Shown here piece by piece: positions 24,431-38,149 of a stretch of 64,000 nt of DNA. Made by a program: the position numbers and the translations under genes. The DNA is from Basidiobolus meristosporus CBS 931.73 (lineage: Eukaryota; Fungi; Basidiobolomycota). How positions within the stretch are numbered: the stretch's first letter is position 1; each line of letters begins with the position of its first letter. The notes beneath the pieces were generated by a model, which worked only from the letters and a program-made list of their open reading frames with translations, made no database searches and had not been told where the DNA came from. Location of the stretch: assembly GCA_002104905.1 (NCBI GenBank), contig MCFE01000409.1, positions 1-64,000 of the forward strand, given 5' to 3'.

Positions 24431-25091
24431 ATGGTAAAAAAAAGGTGTATCTAAGCCAGAGACAGGTAGGTGTGTGAAGATGCCGCAGTTCTCACCAATG
24501 AGCAATGGCAGCCCAGAACAAGTTGAATCCCGCAATAGCCAGGAAGAATTACTAATAAATCATCAGCTGTTTTCTCATGTGCTGGAAGTGCAGCCAGTTA
24601 AGCTACCATCCAGTGGGGTAAATGAGTATGCTGAGGGAAGCTATCTGTCTATCATGGCCACCACATCAGCCATGGTAGACAGAGTGGAGATTCCACTGAT
24701 GGGCAGAGTAACAATGCAAAGAACTCAAGAGACTATCACTATGCCTAAGGCAGAATTTTGCAACATTAATAGGGATATCAAGAGGTTGCAGCACTTCTGT
24801 TAGAACAGTGCTCCAGAAAATGCTCCTGACTAATGCAAGGATCTATTGCAAACACTGGCAGATGAGGTATTAGACCTTGCAGTGCTAGGTGAATACTAGG
24901 ACATATGTGAACCAGTGAGTTTACAGTGGCATAAAGCCACAGGGTTCCTGCCAAAGTCATGTAAAAAGGGCATTGCAGCAGAAAAACTTATTGAAAGGCT
25001 GATTACAATGTAGCTCATTGCAGAGTGTAGAGTTGAGCTTAGTATTAGTGTTGGGTATAGAGACTTGTATAGGTCAATATAATTGGCAATT

Positions 25092-27800
25092 GGCAACCTG
25101 GGCAAATATTTCCCAAAGTCTGGTCCCTAGATCTGGGAATAGCCTTGTGCTTATTGACAGTACCCATCAATGCTATTGTGAACTTGTAGACCCATTTGCA
25201 TCCAATTGGCCATTTCCCGTCTGGTAAATCTATCATTTTGCACATTTTTGCCTTTATCAGTGATTGTTACCCCTCCTGAGTGGCTTATTGCCAAATAGTA
25301 GCATCTTGACTCAGCATTGCCTGTTCCATATTCTGAGGTTGGCGTATAAGGCCAGATAAGCTTCTTAATGATTGTTTGATGTCTGACACCCGGATCCAGG
25401 GGCATTTCTTGTTCCAGTAAATCCCCTAGCTGCAATAATATGCTCTGATCTGGAGCTGGTATAACTGTCTTCCATATCTGGCTGAGTTAGGAGCACATCC
25501 TCTTCAATAGTGGTTATTGCATTATCAAGAAGCTGGCCAATGCTTTGAGTGGCCTTCTGATCTAAATCCTCCTCAAATACACCATTCCTGCACTTGATCA
25601 GATTCTGAATTTTGCCATCATACACTCTTACCCTGTAGTATCCTCACAATTCCCAAGAAAGATACCTTTTCTACTCTGGGTTCTAACTTTGAGCATTTTT
25701 TGTCATAGATGTGATAGATGATTCCACTGCCAAAGATCCTGAGGTGCTGAAGGTCTGGTTTTTTGCCTGTTAATGCTTCAAAGGGTGTAAAGTCATGTGG
25801 TGCTGTTGTTGGATATCTATTACGATGTATACTAAGGTAAAACAGATTCAGCCCAAAACTAGTAGTCTGTTCCCTTATCATGAAGCATATATCTTCCCAT
25901 CTCTACTGTTGTTCCATTTGCATGTTCTGCTAATCCATTTTGCTGGGGAGTGTTTAGAACAGTGGCCTGTTGAAGTAAACCAATAGGTGAGGAGCATTTT
26001 GCAGACGCTGTTGAGCATTATTACCCTCCATTGTCACTTCAAAGTACCTTCAATTTACACCCAGTTTGTGCTTCTGCCATGATATTGAAGTTCTCAAACA
26101 TCTTTAAAGCCTCCACCTTTGGTGGAGGAAGTACAACCATGTATATCTTGTCTTGTCATTGATAAATGTTGTAAAGTATCTCTTGGCTCCAAAGGAAAGT
26201 GCTTGAGTGTGCCTGCATATGTCTGAGCATATAATAGCCAATATTCCAGTGGTGTTAATGCCTCCTGAGTTCAGGAAGCATTACCTAGCTTGTTTGCCAT
26301 ATAAACATCCCTTACAGACTCTCAATTTGACTTGAATTAAGTAATTCAATCCCAAAAGAAGCTAATTTATTACCAATTGGCTCATTTTCTGTTCCAAAAT
26401 GTATCTTAGCCTCCTATGCTACATCCCCCATTTAGTTTTGTCTGTTCCAGCAAGGATGGCATACCCAGGTACAATGATCTTGCATTGTAACTTGTATATA
26501 CCAGCTGATGTTAGCTTGCAGTGCAGAATTTTTCCCCGGATAAGTCTTTCTTACTGGAATAGTCTTTAAGTTGCTGAGCCACTCCTCAATACTGCAAATA
26601 TGCTGTGATGCTCCAGAGTCAATATACCACTCTTTACTTTGGCTACTTGCGCTCTCTTGTACAGTTAAAAATTACTGTTTATATGTAAATACATGGTTTG
26701 CCTGCTCCAGTTTCCAATTTTGTGTGCTTTTTCTGCTTTCATTCTCTCTCCCAGTGTCCTGTCTTCTTAAAGCAGTCACAGCAACAAGGTTCTCTTTAAT
26801 TTTGTTGCTTTCCCTTCTTTTCTGCATGCTTTTCTGAGCCCAATAAAGCATTATCTTCAATTTTCTCTTCTTGAACATTTTGTCTCAGTTCTTCATGAAG
26901 ATGTCTTCTTTTTGTATAGTCTTAAGTCAGACTGTCTTCTCTGCTTTAAAAGAGAGTATAAGTGCCACATACCTGTTTGGTAAGCTGAATGTGTCTCCAC
27001 TTGGGTATGAGTTATAGAATGTCATCATCTGGCTTATTCCTCATGGTGAAAAACTTTTGTTTTAAATGCAGCTTGCTTGATGTTGACTTTGAGCTAAAGA
27101 ACTTCTCTAAGGTTACCCATGCTGCTTTGGCAGTATTTGAAGCAAGTATTTGTCCAATGAAGGAATCCTGCACACTATTACATATGGCATTAAAGGCATT
27201 TCACCTCCTTCTCTTGAAACTTATCCACTTCTTCTGCTGTTCCTTTGGGCTCAACTTCTCTTCCTGTTACTATACTTTATAGCTATCATTCCTTAGAATG
27301 GATCTGCATCTTGATTCTCCAAAGTCTGAAGTTCTTCCCTTCAAGCCTCACCATTACAGGTAAGATGTTTGTATTGTTGTGTTTGCTGGTAAAAGTCATA
27401 TTTTGGATAGATCAAAGCAATTGGGGCTCATAACCTGTTGCAATTTGACAAGTAAATTGGATATAGGGAACCTATCAAGAAATAGTATATAATAGTTGAG
27501 CTATTGTTTATTTACATGGAGGCTCAGTTTATATACCTTTGTAGAAGTAGTAAAACTGTGACACCAAGTAAGGAGGGTTTCTCAACACTCAGGAGCATTC
27601 TGTAACAGTTTCAGGGTTAGTAAATAGTGTTTAGTAAAAGTGCTAATTTGATCTTGACTGGAGGGGAATACTCATTGGATCATAGATCTGAGAAGTGTAG
27701 TAAGCTTTGGGCTGTGGTTTAGTTCTAGAGTGACCAAAATTAGTCCACAAGTGTCAGGTAAATTTTTGGCTGCTGAATGATACAAAAATGTCTAATATCA
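25092..27800 (-). mobile_element. Copia family 2, 5' half (LTR, PBS, gag-PR-IN, RT start), heavily decayed
   Basis: LTR 27436-~27800; PBS reverse complement GGGCTCATAACC at 27424-27435; homologous to 33171-36150 (KKPDLQHLRIFGS, GCKWVYK). Confidence 0.85.
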
Positions 27801-27809
27801 CCGCAAAAA

Positions 27810-28440
27810 CATCTTGAATTTCAACATGGAATATCTTGTATATCTGCCAGGTACTTCTGTTACTTGACCAATATTTTCCTTGTTACTGCTGACTTTAGTA
27901 TACCATGTACAAGCACTTAGGTTCTTGTTTGTATGAGTTCCAAATTGACATATGTAGAAATTGGACTGTACCAAGTTGAAGCCCAACATACTTTGGTAAA
28001 GTCCTCCTTATGAACATCAGTGGCCTGACACATCTAAGCCCACCTTGCATTACTTAACTGATTACCCAGACATTGAGGCTGCTTAGCTGCTTAATGCCAA
28101 AGGTGTAGGTACCTCTATGTGCTCATCTGTGCTGAGTATTTTCCAACTCTTCCCCACTATTCCTTATTTGCAAACACATCACAGCCACAATTGACACAAA
28201 GGTTATTTTATGATCAGAATGGTGTTAAGTAGCACTTAAAACCTCAGATATCCCCTGAAAGATAATTTGGTCCCATATGTGCATTCATTCTTTATCTGCT
28301 GTCTGGATCCTATGATGAGTCTATCATAACACTGGCAGCTTAGCATTATTGGCACTCTACACAGTCTTTTGACAGGATTCTGATGGCATTTTGCTGATTT
28401 TACTGCCAAATAAAGTTAAAAAATAGATGTTATTTGAGCA
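27810..28440. mobile_element. Highly degenerate CCCTA-family fragments (transposase tail and A-end-like TIR at ~28252)
   Basis: TTACTTAACTGATTACCC..GCTGCTTAGC segment shared with other copies; CCCTGAAAGATAATTTGGTCCC resembles the A-TIR. Confidence 0.55.
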
Positions 28441-29772
28441 TACTTTTGACAAGAATTGCATGCAAGTGACAAAGAAGCACTTAAACAGATGAAATCAGAT
28501 CTCTTCAGTAAGTTTGAGTTGAAAGATCTGGGAGAATTGAGCTATTTTCTTACAACTGAAGTGAATTTTGACATGCCCACAAAGAAAATTGTACTGAATC
28601 AGTCCAAGTACATCAGGGACATTCTTAGACGCTTCAAAATGGAAAATTGCAAGCCAGCAGCTACCCCTCTGGACAATGATCTAAAATTGAGCAAATCTCA
28701 TCCAGTTTAGGTGAAAATGGCTCAAATATGTACCAAGACTTTTGCTATGAATCAATGATTGGTGGCCTAATGTACTTGATATTGCAGTGGCAGCTGGACT
28801 AGTTTGTCAATTCATGCAGAATTATGGATCAGATTGATTTACAGCAGTTAAGCAGATTTTCAGATATCTACAAGGTACCATAAATATGGTTTTGGAATAC
28901 TCTTGAGCAGCTAATAGGCAAATATGACATGGTAATAGTGATTCAGATTGGGGTAGAGATCTGATTGACAGATGCTCTACCACTGGGTATGTATTCCTCT
29001 ATGCTAGTGCAGCTATAAATTGGGATATGAAGAAACAACCAACTGTGGCCCTATCTACAACTGATGCTGAATATATGGCTGCTTGCCAAGAAACTAAGGA
29101 AGCTATATGGCTACAGTAAATATTCAAAGACCTAGGCTTTAATTCAGATGAACCAACATGTATATACAAAGATAATCAAAGTTGTATTGCATTAGCTAGG
29201 AATTCTACTAATCATGCTAGCCCTGAACACAAGAATATACAACACAACTTTGTGAGGGAAGCTGTAGAAAATAACTTAATAGAGTTAGTTAACCATCCAA
29301 CTGACAAAAAGGTAGCAACTATACTGACAAAGCCCCTACCTAGACCACAATTTGAGAATCTCAGAGAAGAATTAGGATTAAGAAATTACCTAGTTGAGGG
29401 GGAGTGTTGAAATATTGGACTTTTTGGTATCATTCAGCAGCTAAAAATTTACTTAATTGTTCCAGACTAGTCTTGGCCACTTTAGGACTTATTTGCAGCC
29501 CCAACTTTGCCAGTTTCTTCACATCTATGATCCTATGATTATTTTCCTATAGTGTAGTTCAAATAATACTTTTTACCAAACAATATGTACTAACCCTGAA
29601 ACTGTGATAGAATGCTCCTGAGTGTTGAGAAACCCTCCATACTTAGTCTTACTGCTGTATTACTTCTACAGTGGTATAAATGCTGACTTCTCTATGAATA
29701 AACAACAGTTCAACTAATATCACCATATTTTAACAAGTTCCTAATATCCAAATCACTTCTTAGATTGCAACA
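28441..29772 (+). mobile_element. Copia family 2, 3' fragment (RT end/RNase H, PPT, 3' LTR)
   Basis: DKEALKQMKSDLFSKFELKDLGELSYF, KKQPTVALSTT; PPT GAGGGGGAG; LTR 29405-29772 TGTTGAAA..TGCAACA. Confidence 0.88.
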
Positions 29773-31390
29773 ATATGGCAGGAAACTTAATGATGTATTG
29801 ATAGCCTCTTGCAGGCCTCTAAAGATACTATAACGGCAGTATGGTGGCCTACAGCTAGCTCTGTACAGTGCTACTGTGCTAATTACTAAATGATATTTCC
29901 TTTTTCTACCTCCCCTTATGCAATTCATATATTCTACTGTGGAATTACTCCTCTTCAATTGCTTACCCACTACTCCCTTGGCCATTTCACATATATTTCA
30001 AACCAAAAAATACTACAGCCTGCTGCTTTCTTACCTCTACAAACATGCAAATATGCTGCAATCAATATTACTTCCATCCCCTCAATACTGCAGCTTTTAG
30101 TGCAACATTTGCAAAGTTGCTGTATACCTTGTAATGCAGGTAACACATACTTCTTGCAAACATATGCTTGGTTGCCACCACTTCTGCTATGAATATCTTT
30201 TGAACACCCACAAAGAGCCTTTTAGTGTTACAAGTCTTGATATAAGAGTTGTAGAGGAATAGGGAGTATAGCTAGTATTGTATTCACTAAAACTTGAACT
30301 GATTTTCTTGAGGTTCCAGCAGCTCCTTATATACATTTTGCCAGATCAATTGCTAACTAATTGTATTTCCTAATGTAGGTTGTGGCTGATGACTCATTTG
30401 ATTGCATCATCATCACCCAATGAGAACCTACTTAATATATCTATTTCTGTCTGATAAGGATCTGCTGATTCATTTGCTGACTAATGCTACTGATTTCATA
30501 GATAATACTGATATACTGATAACCTAAACATATACTAATTGATTTGACTAAAAACTGATCTAACTTAAACATTCAAGCGGCAGATCATAACATTAGTATT
30601 TAGCCAGTAAATTCCTTTTCCTTCAGGATTATAGTCCCCATTATAGGTACCCATTGGCTCTTGTTTTTTTGAGTTCTGTATTGAACAGTGTAGAAATTGG
30701 CTTGTGACCCTGAGGAATGCAACATACCTTGGTAGAGTTTTCTCAATAAGAATCAGTTGCTTGTTGCACTCAACCTGACTTTGAATTACTTAACTGATTA
30801 CCCACACATTGTGGCTGCTTAGCTTGTAAATGCCATAGGCATTGTTGTCTATATGTGAACATCTTTCCTCAGTATTTTCCAAATTTTCCCAGCTGTGCTC
30901 AATGTGCAAACCCATCACATGAATGATGGATTTGAAGGTAATACTCTTGATGAGATTATGATATAGTAGCACCTGCAACTTGACTTGTCTTCCTATCTCC
31001 CCACACATCTGCTCCACAGCAAGCACCCAAAAGGTGAAGCAAGGTACAATATTCTCAGCACAACAAAGCAGATGGAGCAGCATATAGATACGGTAGCAGA
31101 AGAGATATATGCATTCAGCTTTGTGCTTGTAATATAGCCACATAAATCCTGTCACAATCTCTTTGGACAAAAGTTTTAGATGTGCCAAGTTGGCATTGGT
31201 GATTTGCTTTTGATTGAATATTCTAAAATATCACTCATGACTCCCAATTCTTCCAATGTACTCTTGGTATAAATGGCTTCAGGAGGCCACTTGCATAAGT
31301 ACCTATCTAGTTCATCCAGTCCTTACACTTGTATTGTTGTGTATACATATGAATATTGATTTGAGCCTGTGAGAAGTACTTAAGGTAGCA
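29773..31390 (-). pseudogene. CCCTA-family A-subterminal region and transposase C-terminal remnant (split by a solo LTR)
   Basis: CGEIGRQVKLQVLLYHNLIKSITFKSII on the minus strand; homologous to 9.9-10.9 kb. Confidence 0.75.
30226..30592. repeat. Solo LTR (367 bp), 4-bp TSD family, copy 2
   Basis: Reverse complement of 20091-20458; TSD TTAG on both sides. Confidence 0.88.
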
Positions 31391-32745
31391 GATACTGTAC
31401 AATTTTGGCAATTCTTCTTGGCTATGATGGTACTCAGTCTATTCCAGGCTTATGGCATTTCTTAGTAAGAACTGCAGCTTTTTTCCTACTCTTTCCTGTC
31501 TGTTGTTTAGGTAGACTTTTTCCCTTTACCTTTTCCTTAATCACTGCCAAGTTTTTCACTGTTACTTTGTCTGATTTCTTCTTGTAATTAACTGTGTTCA
31601 CCTTGATATATGCTGCTCTGATGCACATGCTTTGGTCTGATTATCCCTTGCTGGCACTTGGCCAGCAACCTGACATTCTTTTCCACTTCTTTCAAGCTCG
31701 CAGCCCATGCTTTGATGGGCTTCTGAGGTAACCACCTGTTTTGCTCACTCTATCAGCTACCTGATGTCTTTTTGACAATTTTTCAGAGCTTTTGGCACTG
31801 CTTATAAAAGGCTCTTCAGGAAGCCGCAGTTTTTTAGCAATTGTGCCCTTGTTATCTGCCTTTAATAGTTTCAGTTACTCTTGAGATACTTTCTCAGCAT
31901 ACTAATGCTGGACCAAAATCTGTTTGCGTTTTTGAACTCAGGATTACACTCATGAAGAAAGTTGGGCACATCCTTCTTAGCCTTGGGTTCCTGATGGTAC
32001 CATGGTATTCCAGCCTTGAGATGTTGGTAAACCAGACTTCTAACAGCCTCTTGAATCCTAGTGCACTGTTCCTTATTGCACTCAACTGCTTCACTGATCT
32101 TCAATGTCTAATGATTTTTGCGCTCTGATGTATACACCACTTTGTCCCCATTCATGCTGTGATGGGTTTTTCTGTTGGCTTTATCATTGGGCACTGATGT
32201 TGTGCTTCAAAGAATCTTTGTTGTTCCTCTGTTGTTACAATGGTAAATGGCTCAATTCTTGGCTGTGACATTGAGCTACTTGAGTTCCTTCTTTGCAGCA
32301 CAGATGCTGCTTTCTCTACCTTGGATATTGATTGCTGTAAACTTTCTATCTGCTAATTTCATTTCTGGACTATTTCCTGATTTCTCTGGGCCATTACATT
32401 TATCCTATCAGCCACTGCTCCTAATTGCCTCACTATTACTTTGGTATGAGCTGACATCATACTTGGTAATACAGGTGGTGGTAATGTTACAACAGCCACT
32501 TGCTGGTCTTCAGCTGAAGGTATTGCTTTTGCTTTTTTCTCAACTGCTCAAGTATTATTTTCACCTTGCAGCTCTATAGAGATTCTCAATAGCCTAGCTG
32601 ACTGAGAGCCTGTGGAATCTACATTACAACCTTCAGTGGGCACACTATATATCAAAGCAGTCTGTTGTCCAACTGTTCTTCTGCTGCTGCTATCAGTGGG
32701 ATTTGGTTGGTAACCAGACAACTGTGCATTATTATTTGGCAGCAT
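31390..32745 (-). pseudogene. Partner ORF remnant of the CCCTA element
   Basis: MLPNNNAQLSGYQPNPTDSSSRRTVGQQ start; QEAVRSLVYQHLKAGIPWYHQE..FWSSISMLRKYLK; the upstream intergenic region continues across the copia insertion to the transposase at 38.15 kb. Confidence 0.72.
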
Positions 32746-33170
32746 ATATATGGAAGTGAGTCAAACCAAAGGGGAAATGGCATTACATATGCATGAGTAT
32801 GTGGTGCCATAACCATATTTATAATGCTTACTTTGGTGAATTATCATTAAATCTTACATTCAGGTTGGTGCAATGTATTAAATGCAAGACTGTCTTAAAT
32901 TCACCAAAGCACTGACAAAAAAGTGATATATTGGTGTTATGTTGTTGAGTGTCAAACTGTTTGCCCCACAGACAAGACTACCTTGATGCAACACCGTAAG
33001 GGAAGAGAAAAAAGACCATGTGGCTCTTGTAGCAAGCCTCTCAGTCATGAAGCACGCAGATAGCATAGGAAGAATTACAAGGGTGAAGGCCGGTGTTTTG
33101 CCACACAAGTCATATTTGACCATTCACCAGTCACTATTGTACCAGCAATATCTTGCCTGCTTCTTGATAC

Positions 33171-36100
33171 TGTTGAAATATTGGACTATTTGGTATTGTT
33201 CAGCAGCTAAATATTTACTTAACAATTCTAGGCTAGTCTTAGTCACTGTAGGACTCATTTACTGCCTTAACTTTGCCACTTTCTCCAGATATATGATCTT
33301 ATGATTATTCCCCTATAGTCAGGATCAAATTAGCACTATTACCAAACATTATGTACTAACCCTGAAACTGTTACAGAATGCTCCTGAATATTGAGAAACC
33401 CTCCCTACTTAGTGTTGCAGCTGTATTACTTCTACAAAAGTATAAATACTGAGCTTCTTTATGAATAAACAACAGTTCAACTATTATCACTATTTCTTGA
33501 TAAGCTCCTTATATCCAAATCACTTCTTAAATTGCAACAGGTTATGAGCCCCGATTGCCTTAATCTATTCTAAAGATGACTTCTACCAGCAAACAAAGCA
33601 ATACCAACATCTTCCCTGTAAAGGAGAGGTTTGATGGGAAGAACTACAGACTTTGGAGAATCAAGATGCAGATCCACCTTGAGGAAAGAAAGCTTTGGAA
33701 CATAGTAACAGGAAAGGAAGTTGAGCCCAAAGGAACAGCAGAAGATGTGGAGAAGTTTCAAGAGAAGGAGAGAAAGGCCTTCAATGCAATATGCATCAAT
33801 GTGCAAGACTCCTTCATTGGACAAATCCTTGCCTCAAATACTGCCAAAGCAGCATGGGAATCCTTAGAGAAGATCTTTAGAGCAAAGTCAGTACCAAGCA
33901 AGCTTTATTAGAAACAAAAGTTCTTCAACATGAGAAAAAAGCCAGATGATGACATGCTACAACTCATTACCAGAATGGAGACACTTGCAGAAGAACTTTA
34001 CAGTATTAATGCTGGTGTAGATGATGAAGAAAAGATACTCTGTCTGCTTTGCAGCCTACCAGACAAGTATGAGCCACTTATACTTTCTTTTGAAAGCAGA
34101 GAAGACAACTTGACTTTAGACTATGTCAAAGGAAGACTTCTCCATGAAGAACTCAGACAAAATGATCAAGCAGAGAAAATTGAAGGTAATGCTTTATTCA
34201 GTTCAGAAAGGCATACAGAAAAGAAGGGAAAGCAACAAAACCAAAGAAAACCTGGCTGCTGTAACTACTGTAAGAAGCCAGGACACTGGGCAAGAGAATG
34301 CAAGAAGAAACAAGCAGACAAAAAACAGAAACTAGAGCAGGCAAACCATATAACTACTGATGAACAGTTATTTGTCACTGTACAAGAGAGTGCAAGTAAC
34401 CAAATTAATGAATGGTTTATTGACTCTGGAGCATCACAGCATATTTGTGGTATAAAGGATTGGTTCAGCAACTTAAAGACAACTCCCATAAAAAAGGTTT
34501 ATCTGGGAGATAACTCTGCATTGGAAGCTGCCGCCAGTGGGTCTATGCAACTAAATAAGAGTGATAACTCAGGAGCAACAACAGCAAAGCTGACTGACGT
34601 ACTCTATGTACCTGGAATAGCTAAGAACCTACTCTCAGTCAGTAAAGCAACTACTCAGGGACTGAAGTTTGTTTTTACTAAGCTGAGCTGCTCAATATTG
34701 AGTGAAAATGGACAAAAATTAGCTTTGGGAATTAGAGATCACAATATATACAAGTTACAATGCAAGATCATTGTACCTGAGTATGTCAACATTGCTGAAA
34801 CTGATGAAACCAACTGGGAGACGTGGCATAGGAGGCTAGGACACATAGGGGAACAGAAAATGAGCCAATTGGTGAAAAATCAGCTTGTTTTGGGCCTAAA
34901 ATACTCAATTCCAATCAAATTGAATGTTTGTAAGGGATGTTCATATGGCAAACAAGCTAGGCAACGTTTCAAGAGCTCAGAAGGCATCAATACCACCAAA
35001 ACATTGGCTATTGTACACTCAGACATATGTGGCCCCATGAGAACAGTGTCCTTTGGAGCCAAGAGATACTTAATGACGTTTATTGATGACAAGACAAGAT
35101 ATACATGGGTGTACTTCCTCAAAACAAAGGATGAAGCTTTAGAGACGTTTAAGCACTTCACAAACATGGCAGAGATACAAACTGGGTGTAAATTGAAGGT
35201 ACTACAAAGTGACAATGGACGAGAATACTGCTCAAAGGAGTTTGCAAAATACTGCTTGTCTACTGGTATACTCCACAGCAAAATGGAGTAGCAGAACGTT
35301 CAAATAGAACAATAGTAGAGATGGGAAGATCAATGCTATATGATAAGGGAATGGACTACAAGTTTTGGGCTAAATCTGTTGCTACTGCTGTATACATCAA
35401 GAACAGATGCCCAACAACAGCACTACATGATTCTACACCCTTTGAAGCATATACAGGCAAAAAACCAGATCTCCAGCACCTCAGGATCTTTGGCAGTGAT
35501 GTTTTTTATCACATACCTGACAAAAAACGCTCAAAGTTGGAACCAAAGAGTAGAAAAGGGATCTTTCTTGGGTATTGTGAAGATACTAAAGGGTATAGAG
35601 TGTATGATGGCAAAATTCAGAAGCTGATCAAGAGCAGGGATGTTGTATTTGAGGAGAATTCAGATTAGAAAGCCACAGAAATCATTGGCCAGCTGCCTGA
35701 TGATGCAATCAACACAAATGAAGAAGATGCGTACCAAATCCAGCCAGAGATGGAAGATACTTCTACCAGTTCCAGATCAGAACAGATTATCCCAATTAGG
35801 AGATCTACCAGAATAAGAAATGCCCCTGGATCCTGGTGGCAGACATCCAATGATCATGAAGAAGCTTATCTTGCCTAATGTGCCAAACCTCAGAATCTGG
35901 AACAGGCAATGAAAGGTCCAGATGCTACTAAGTGGCAACAAGCCATGCAGGAGGAGTACCAATCACTGATCAAGGCAAAAACGTGGGAACTAGTAGATTT
36001 ACCAAAAGGAAAAAGCCAATTGGATGTAGATGGGTCTACAAGATCAAGATAACCTCGATGGTGCCGTTGATAAGTACAAGGCTAGATTGGCAGCTAAAGG

Positions 36101-37827
36101 CTATTCCCAGATCCAGGGACTAGATTTTAAGGAAACATTTGCTCCGGTTGCCAAGTTTAACTCTATTAGGACAGTTCTAGCCCTGGCAGCTGTACACAGT
36201 CTAGATCTACACCAAATGGACGTCAAAACAGCCTTTCTAAATGGGGATTTGCAAGAAACTATATATATGGAGCAACCAGAAGGTTTTACCGATCCAAAAA
36301 GCCTCCATAAGGTGTGCAAACTTAGAAAATTGTTGTATGGGCTTAAGCAGGCACCCAGAGCATGGTATAACAAGATTGACACATATCTAGAGGAAATTGG
36401 GTTCTCTTGTAGCACTGCAGATCACAGTATATATGTGAAACAGCTCAAAAGGGGTGTGACCATCCTAGTTCTTTATGTGGACGACCTAATTATAGCCACA
36501 AGTGATCAAGAGGCACTTAAACAGACAAAATCAGATCTCTTCAGCAAGCTTGAGATGAAAGATCTTGGAAAATTGAGCTATTTTCTTGGAATTGAGGTCA
36601 CATTTGACATACCTACGCAGAAAATTGTGCTGAATCAGTCTAAGTACATCAGGGACATTCTTAGACGCTTCAAAATGGAAAATTGCAAGCCTGCAGCAAC
36701 CCCTATGGACAATAACCTGAAATTAAGCAAATCTCAGCCAGTTATAGATGAAAACGGTTCAAATATGGACCAAAACTTTCCCTATCAATCAATGGTTGGT
36801 AGCCTAATGTACTTGATGGTGTCTACACGTCCAGATATTGCAGTAGCAGTTGGAATAGTCAGTCAATTCATGCAGAATTATGGTTCAGATCAAATTGCAG
36901 CAGTTAAGCGGATTTTCAGATATCTACAAGGTACCATAAATATGGTACTGGAATACTCTGGAGCAGCTAATAGGCAAAAACTTGATGGTTATAGTGATTC
37001 AGATTGGGGTAGGGATCTGATTGACAGACGCTCTACTACAGGCTATGTATTTCTTTATGCTGGTGCAGCTATTACTTGGAATTGCAAGAAACAACCAACT
37101 GTGGCACTATCTACAACTGAAGCCAAATATATGGCTGCATGTCAAGCAACTAAGGAGGCTATATGGCTACAAAAATTATTCAAAGACTTAGGTTTTAATT
37201 CAGGTGAACCAACATGTATTTACAAGGATAATCAAAGTTGTATCTCATTAGCTAGAAATCCTACTAATCATGCCAGAACTAAGCACATTGATATACAGCT
37301 TCACTTTGTGAGGGAAGCTGTAGAAAATAACTTAGTGGAGCTGGTTTTGCCCAACTGACAAAATGGTGGCAGACATATTGACAAAACCACTAGCTAGGCA
37401 ACAGTTTGAGATCCTTAGAGAGAAATTGGGATTAAGAAATTATTTAGTTGGGGGGGAGTGTTGAAATATTGGACTATTTGGTATCATTCAGCAGCTAAAT
37501 ATTTATTTAACAATTCTAGGCTAGTCTTAGTCACTGTAGGACTCATTTACTGCCTTAACTTTGCCACTTTCTCCAGATATATGATCTTATGATTATTCCC
37601 CTATAGTCAGGATCAAATTAGCACTATTACCAAACATTATGTACTAACCCTGAAACTGTTACAGAATGCTCCTGAAAATTGAGAAACCCTCCCTACTTAG
37701 TGCTGCAGCTGTATTACTTCTACAAAAGTATAAATACTGAGCTTCTTTATGAATAAGTAACAGTTCAACTATTATCACTATTTCTTGATAAGTTCCTTAT
37801 ATCCAAATCACTTCTTAAATTGCAACA
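33171..37827 (+). mobile_element. Copia family 2 full-length copy (youngest LTR element in the window; non-functional as assembled)
   Basis: 369-bp LTRs at 33171-33539 and 37459-37827 (8 differences by eye); TSD GATAC on both sides; PBS 33540-33551; PPT GGGGGGGAG; all copia domains present. Confidence 0.97.
33576..37440 (+). pseudogene. Copia gag-pol with at least 7 lesions
   Basis: FDGKNYRLW, CNYCKKPGHWAREC, WFIDSGASQH, VHSDICGPM, MDVKTAFLNG, LYVDDLIIA, KKQPTVALSTTEAKY; stops at 33909, 35666 and 35876; deletion at ~35270; frameshifts at ~36010, ~36050 and ~37345. Confidence 0.93.
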
Positions 37828-38149
37828 GATACTTCTATAACAGTACCAGACTGTACTAGTAACCTTGTGCAAACTCAGTTGAGTGAGTTTGAGATGCCTT
37901 TAGGCTCCCCCAGCCTTCTTAGTATGGCATGCAGAGTGATAGCTCTGAAGAAGCAGTCTCATTGACGCATTGTGTGGATATCTTCCCTAACAACACTTCA
38001 CTGCATGAGCCTGGCAGAATTCCATTATGCAATGAAACAGCATCCATGGAAAAAATGTCAACAATACTTTATGGAGTTAAGTAAGCCATGTAATCCATCT
38101 TCTGCTGAATGATGTGATTTTGTGACTAGATAAGTGGTGCAATTCCACT

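Larger units (their letters stand above)
9466..25091 (-). mobile_element. CCCTA-family host copy (A-end TIR, transposase on minus, partner ORF on plus, B-end lost); contains nested elements
   Basis: TIR CCCTATGAAAAATAATTTGGTCC at 9466; transposase 9.9-10.96 kb continues at 18946-20540; intergenic region to 21.2 kb; partner ORF 21210-25090; truncated by a copia-2 fragment. Confidence 0.7.

Noticed and set aside
25092-29772. The two copia-2 halves as one element split by an inversion
   Set aside because: They are complementary in content, but their LTRs are no more alike than other family copies and no TSD match could be found.
33909-33911. In-frame TAG in the youngest copia as programmed read-through
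   Set aside because: It lies inside the gag N-terminal domain, not at a gag-pol junction, and the sister copy (~27065, minus) has TTA (Leu) there, so it is a mutation.
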